A stretch of 35,097 nucleotides of DNA from positions 1-35,097 of the forward strand of contig JBDKLK010000001.1 in assembly GCA_039795655.1 (NCBI GenBank), in the 5' to 3' direction. The DNA is from Actinomycetota bacterium (GTDB taxonomy: Bacteria > Actinomycetota > Actinomycetes > S36-B12 > UBA5976). The notes under the pieces are model-generated. The model did no database searches. It was not told the origin of the DNA and saw only the letters and a list, made by a program, of their open reading frames with translations. The translations under genes were made by a program, and so were the position numbers. Shown here one piece after another: positions 33,367-35,097 of this stretch; the first letter of the stretch is position 1, and each line of letters begins with the position of its first letter.

Positions 33367-34281
33367 ATGGCAAAGGAACACAGACTTTTTAGATTTTTTT
33401 TGAGCTCAGTATTTGTCTTTTTGCTTGCGGCTGGCTATGTATTAACCAGCGCTAATGCCGCAACAGCAGAGAAATTAATGAATGCTCCTAAAGTAACTAA
33501 GACTCCGACTCCTTCCGAATCCGAGCAAGTGCAGATTTCTGCAGCATTGTCAGCGATTAATAAGGCCCAAAAAGCAAAAGGCTGCAATTTCAATCTAACC
33601 GCTGAAGAAGTTGCGACTTCTGCCGGCAAATGCACTGTGCTTGTGGTGGGTGACTCCCTTGGTAATAATTTGGCGTACGGGATGCAACGTCAACTTCAAA
33701 AAACAGCAGGTATTGATTTAGTTATCAAAAGTAAGTCTTCTACCGGCCTATCCAACTCTTGGTTCTACAACTGGCCAAAAGAAATCAAGCCTTTTATAGA
33801 TGACGCCGATCCTGATTTAGTAATCGTGATGCTCGGAACCAACGATCACCAGAATATGAAAATCAATGGACAGGTCAGTGAGTTTGGCAGCAAGAAATGG
33901 AATGCCAAGTATGAAGCTGAAGCCGCAAAGTTGATTAGCCAGTCAATTGATTCTGGGGCTTATGTGGTTTGGGTTGGATTGCCGATTATGCAATCTTCAT
34001 ATTTCGCAAGCTATATGTCAGTTCTGAATGACAGATCATCATCTGCCGTCGAAGCGACAGATGGTGCAACATTCATTCCTACTTGGGATTTGATGGCTGA
34101 CAGTCGAGGTAAATACCGTGACTGGGCAAAAGTAAACGGCAAGAATCAAAAAATTCGTGGCACCGATGGAATTCACTTCACCTGGGTTGGGCAGAATGTT
34201 TTGGCAACTTATGTGATTTCAGAACTTCAAGATATTTTCAATGTAAAAGTGAAAAGCAAAGGTCAAATGCTTTTTAACTAG
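33367..34281 (+). CDS. Secreted/membrane-anchored SGNH hydrolase (DUF459-like)
   Basis: AGGAG SD and N-terminal hydrophobic anchor FFLSSVFVFLLAAGYVLTSANA. Block I VLVVGDSLGNN, block III MLGTNDH, block V GTDGIHFT. Confidence 0.7.
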   Translation: MAKEHRLFRFFLSSVFVFLLAAGYVLTSANAATAEKLMNAPKVTKTPTPSESEQVQISAALSAINKAQKAKGCNFNLTAEEVATSAGKCTVLVVGDSLGNNLAYGMQRQLQKTAGIDLVIKSKSSTGLSNSWFYNWPKEIKPFIDDADPDLVIVMLGTNDHQNMKINGQVSEFGSKKWNAKYEAEAAKLISQSIDSGAYVVWVGLPIMQSSYFASYMSVLNDRSSSAVEATDGATFIPTWDLMADSRGKYRDWAKVNGKNQKIRGTDGIHFTWVGQNVLATYVISELQDIFNVKVKSKGQMLFN

Positions 34282-34287
34282 CAGTTA

Positions 34288-35097
34288 CTAATTGGCGTTT
34301 AAGAAAAGGTATTCAACTACCAAGCTCGTATCCCAAACAAGTGCGATACTAATCAAAAGCAGTGCAAAAACCGCTAGTTTGTCTTTTTGCAGTCTGTGAG
34401 AATGCCGAATTGGGTTTTCAAATAGATGGTAAGAAATTGCAGCGCAGATAAATGTTCCTGATATAGCCGCAACCTGTTGCGGAAGTGAAACTTCAAAAAG
34501 CCTTGCTGAAAGCAATAACCAAGGAAAATGCCACAAATAAAGCGAATACGAAATGTCACCAACATAGGTGAGTGACTTTGCAGAGAGCCAGGTGGCTGGT
34601 CCTTTGCCGTATTGAGCAGTTCCGCTCCAAATGATTAATGCGGTGGCCGCACATGGAATCCAAGCGTTTATTCCAGGAAAGGCTGAACTTTCTGAAAGAG
34701 TAGCAACTGCATAAATCAAAACGCCAAATGCCGCAATTGAATTCAAACCATTTATTCGCTTAGTTTTGTCAGCAAGTGATACTGGAATCACCGCTACCAA
34801 ACCACCTAGTGCTAATTCCCAAAACCGAGTGAATGGTGAGTAGTAGGCGGCAATTGGATTCGAGTTGGTGTAAATAAAACTCCATATAGCTGAGGTTGTA
34901 ACTGCACCTACTAGAAACAATTGATAGCTGCGAAGTCGGCTGTTCGAACCTAAATATGAAATTGAGAAAATAATTAGGGGATAAATAAAGTAAAACTGTT
35001 CTTCAACCGCTAATGACCAAAAGTGAGTTAGCAAGGATTGGTCAACTCCGGCTATGAAGTAGTCCGAGCTACTGTTTATTAAATTGAAGTTTGCAGA
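34288..35097 (-). CDS. Acyltransferase family 3 (OafA/YrhL-like) membrane protein whose 5' end lies outside the window
   Basis: The reading frame stays open from 35034 to the window edge (SANFNLINSSSDYFIAGVDQS then LTHFWSLAVEEQFYFIYPL, the conserved mid-protein motif). Multiple TM helices follow. Confidence 0.75.
   Translation of the reverse strand, partial: SANFNLINSSSDYFIAGVDQSLLTHFWSLAVEEQFYFIYPLIIFSISYLGSNSRLRSYQLFLVGAVTTSAIWSFIYTNSNPIAAYYSPFTRFWELALGGLVAVIPVSLADKTKRINGLNSIAAFGVLIYAVATLSESSAFPGINAWIPCAATALIIWSGTAQYGKGPATWLSAKSLTYVGDISYSLYLWHFPWLLLSARLFEVSLPQQVAAISGTFICAAISYHLFENPIRHSHRLQKDKLAVFALLLISIALVWDTSLVVEYLFLNAN

Noticed and set aside
1-35097. CRISPR arrays, tRNA/rRNA genes, IS elements, integrases, prophage structural genes
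   Set aside because: Scanning by eye found no regularly spaced direct repeats, no tRNA T-arm signature (GGTTCGAATCC-like on either strand), no transposase or integrase motifs and no terminal inverted repeats. All intergenic gaps are shorter than about 175 nt.

Overview
This is 35.1 kb of tightly packed prokaryotic DNA with about 34 protein-coding genes. I recognise no rRNA, tRNA, CRISPR array, IS element or integrase. The gene content suggests a mid/low-GC actinobacterium, perhaps a freshwater lineage, but that is a guess. It rests on a ROK regulator, a NarL/LuxR two-component pair, a CHAP amidase, an FeS-type photolyase, leaderless-looking starts and a GlcNAc regulon. Layout: (1) nt 1-6162 is a markedly AT-rich block. 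It holds the zinc-ribbon tail of a truncated gene, a Sel1-repeat/basic-tract protein translationally coupled to a NERD-SF1 helicase, and a convergent SF2 DEAD/DEAH helicase. It looks like a defence island that I cannot assign to a named system. (2) nt 6249-10260 is a GC-richer cassette. An NrtR-like regulator (degenerate Nudix + wHTH) lies divergent from a Cys-based dual-specificity phosphatase, a DUF6569/ARPP-1-like protein and two unknown proteins. This is a candidate ADP-ribose-linked module. (3) nt 10378-13532 encodes two very AT-rich secreted FN3/beta-propeller surface proteins. (4) nt 13623-22217 encodes a DoxX-like protein coupled to an FeS-BCP (6-4)-type photolyase, glutamate dehydrogenase, a CHAP amidase, an atypical histidine kinase with a NarL-type regulator, an SGNH hydrolase and a PD40 propeller protein. 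(5) nt 22338-32859 is an N-acetylglucosamine/chitobiose-type utilisation locus: ABC importer, NagA, SIS deaminase, Cys-free ROK regulator, GH4, BadF-type kinase and GH84. It is followed by a glutathione-peroxidase-like gene, a secreted SGNH protein and a window-truncated acyltransferase-3 gene. The best candidates for an undescribed system are block 1 and block 2. All functional calls come from motifs read by eye in the supplied translations and sequence. No database search was possible.
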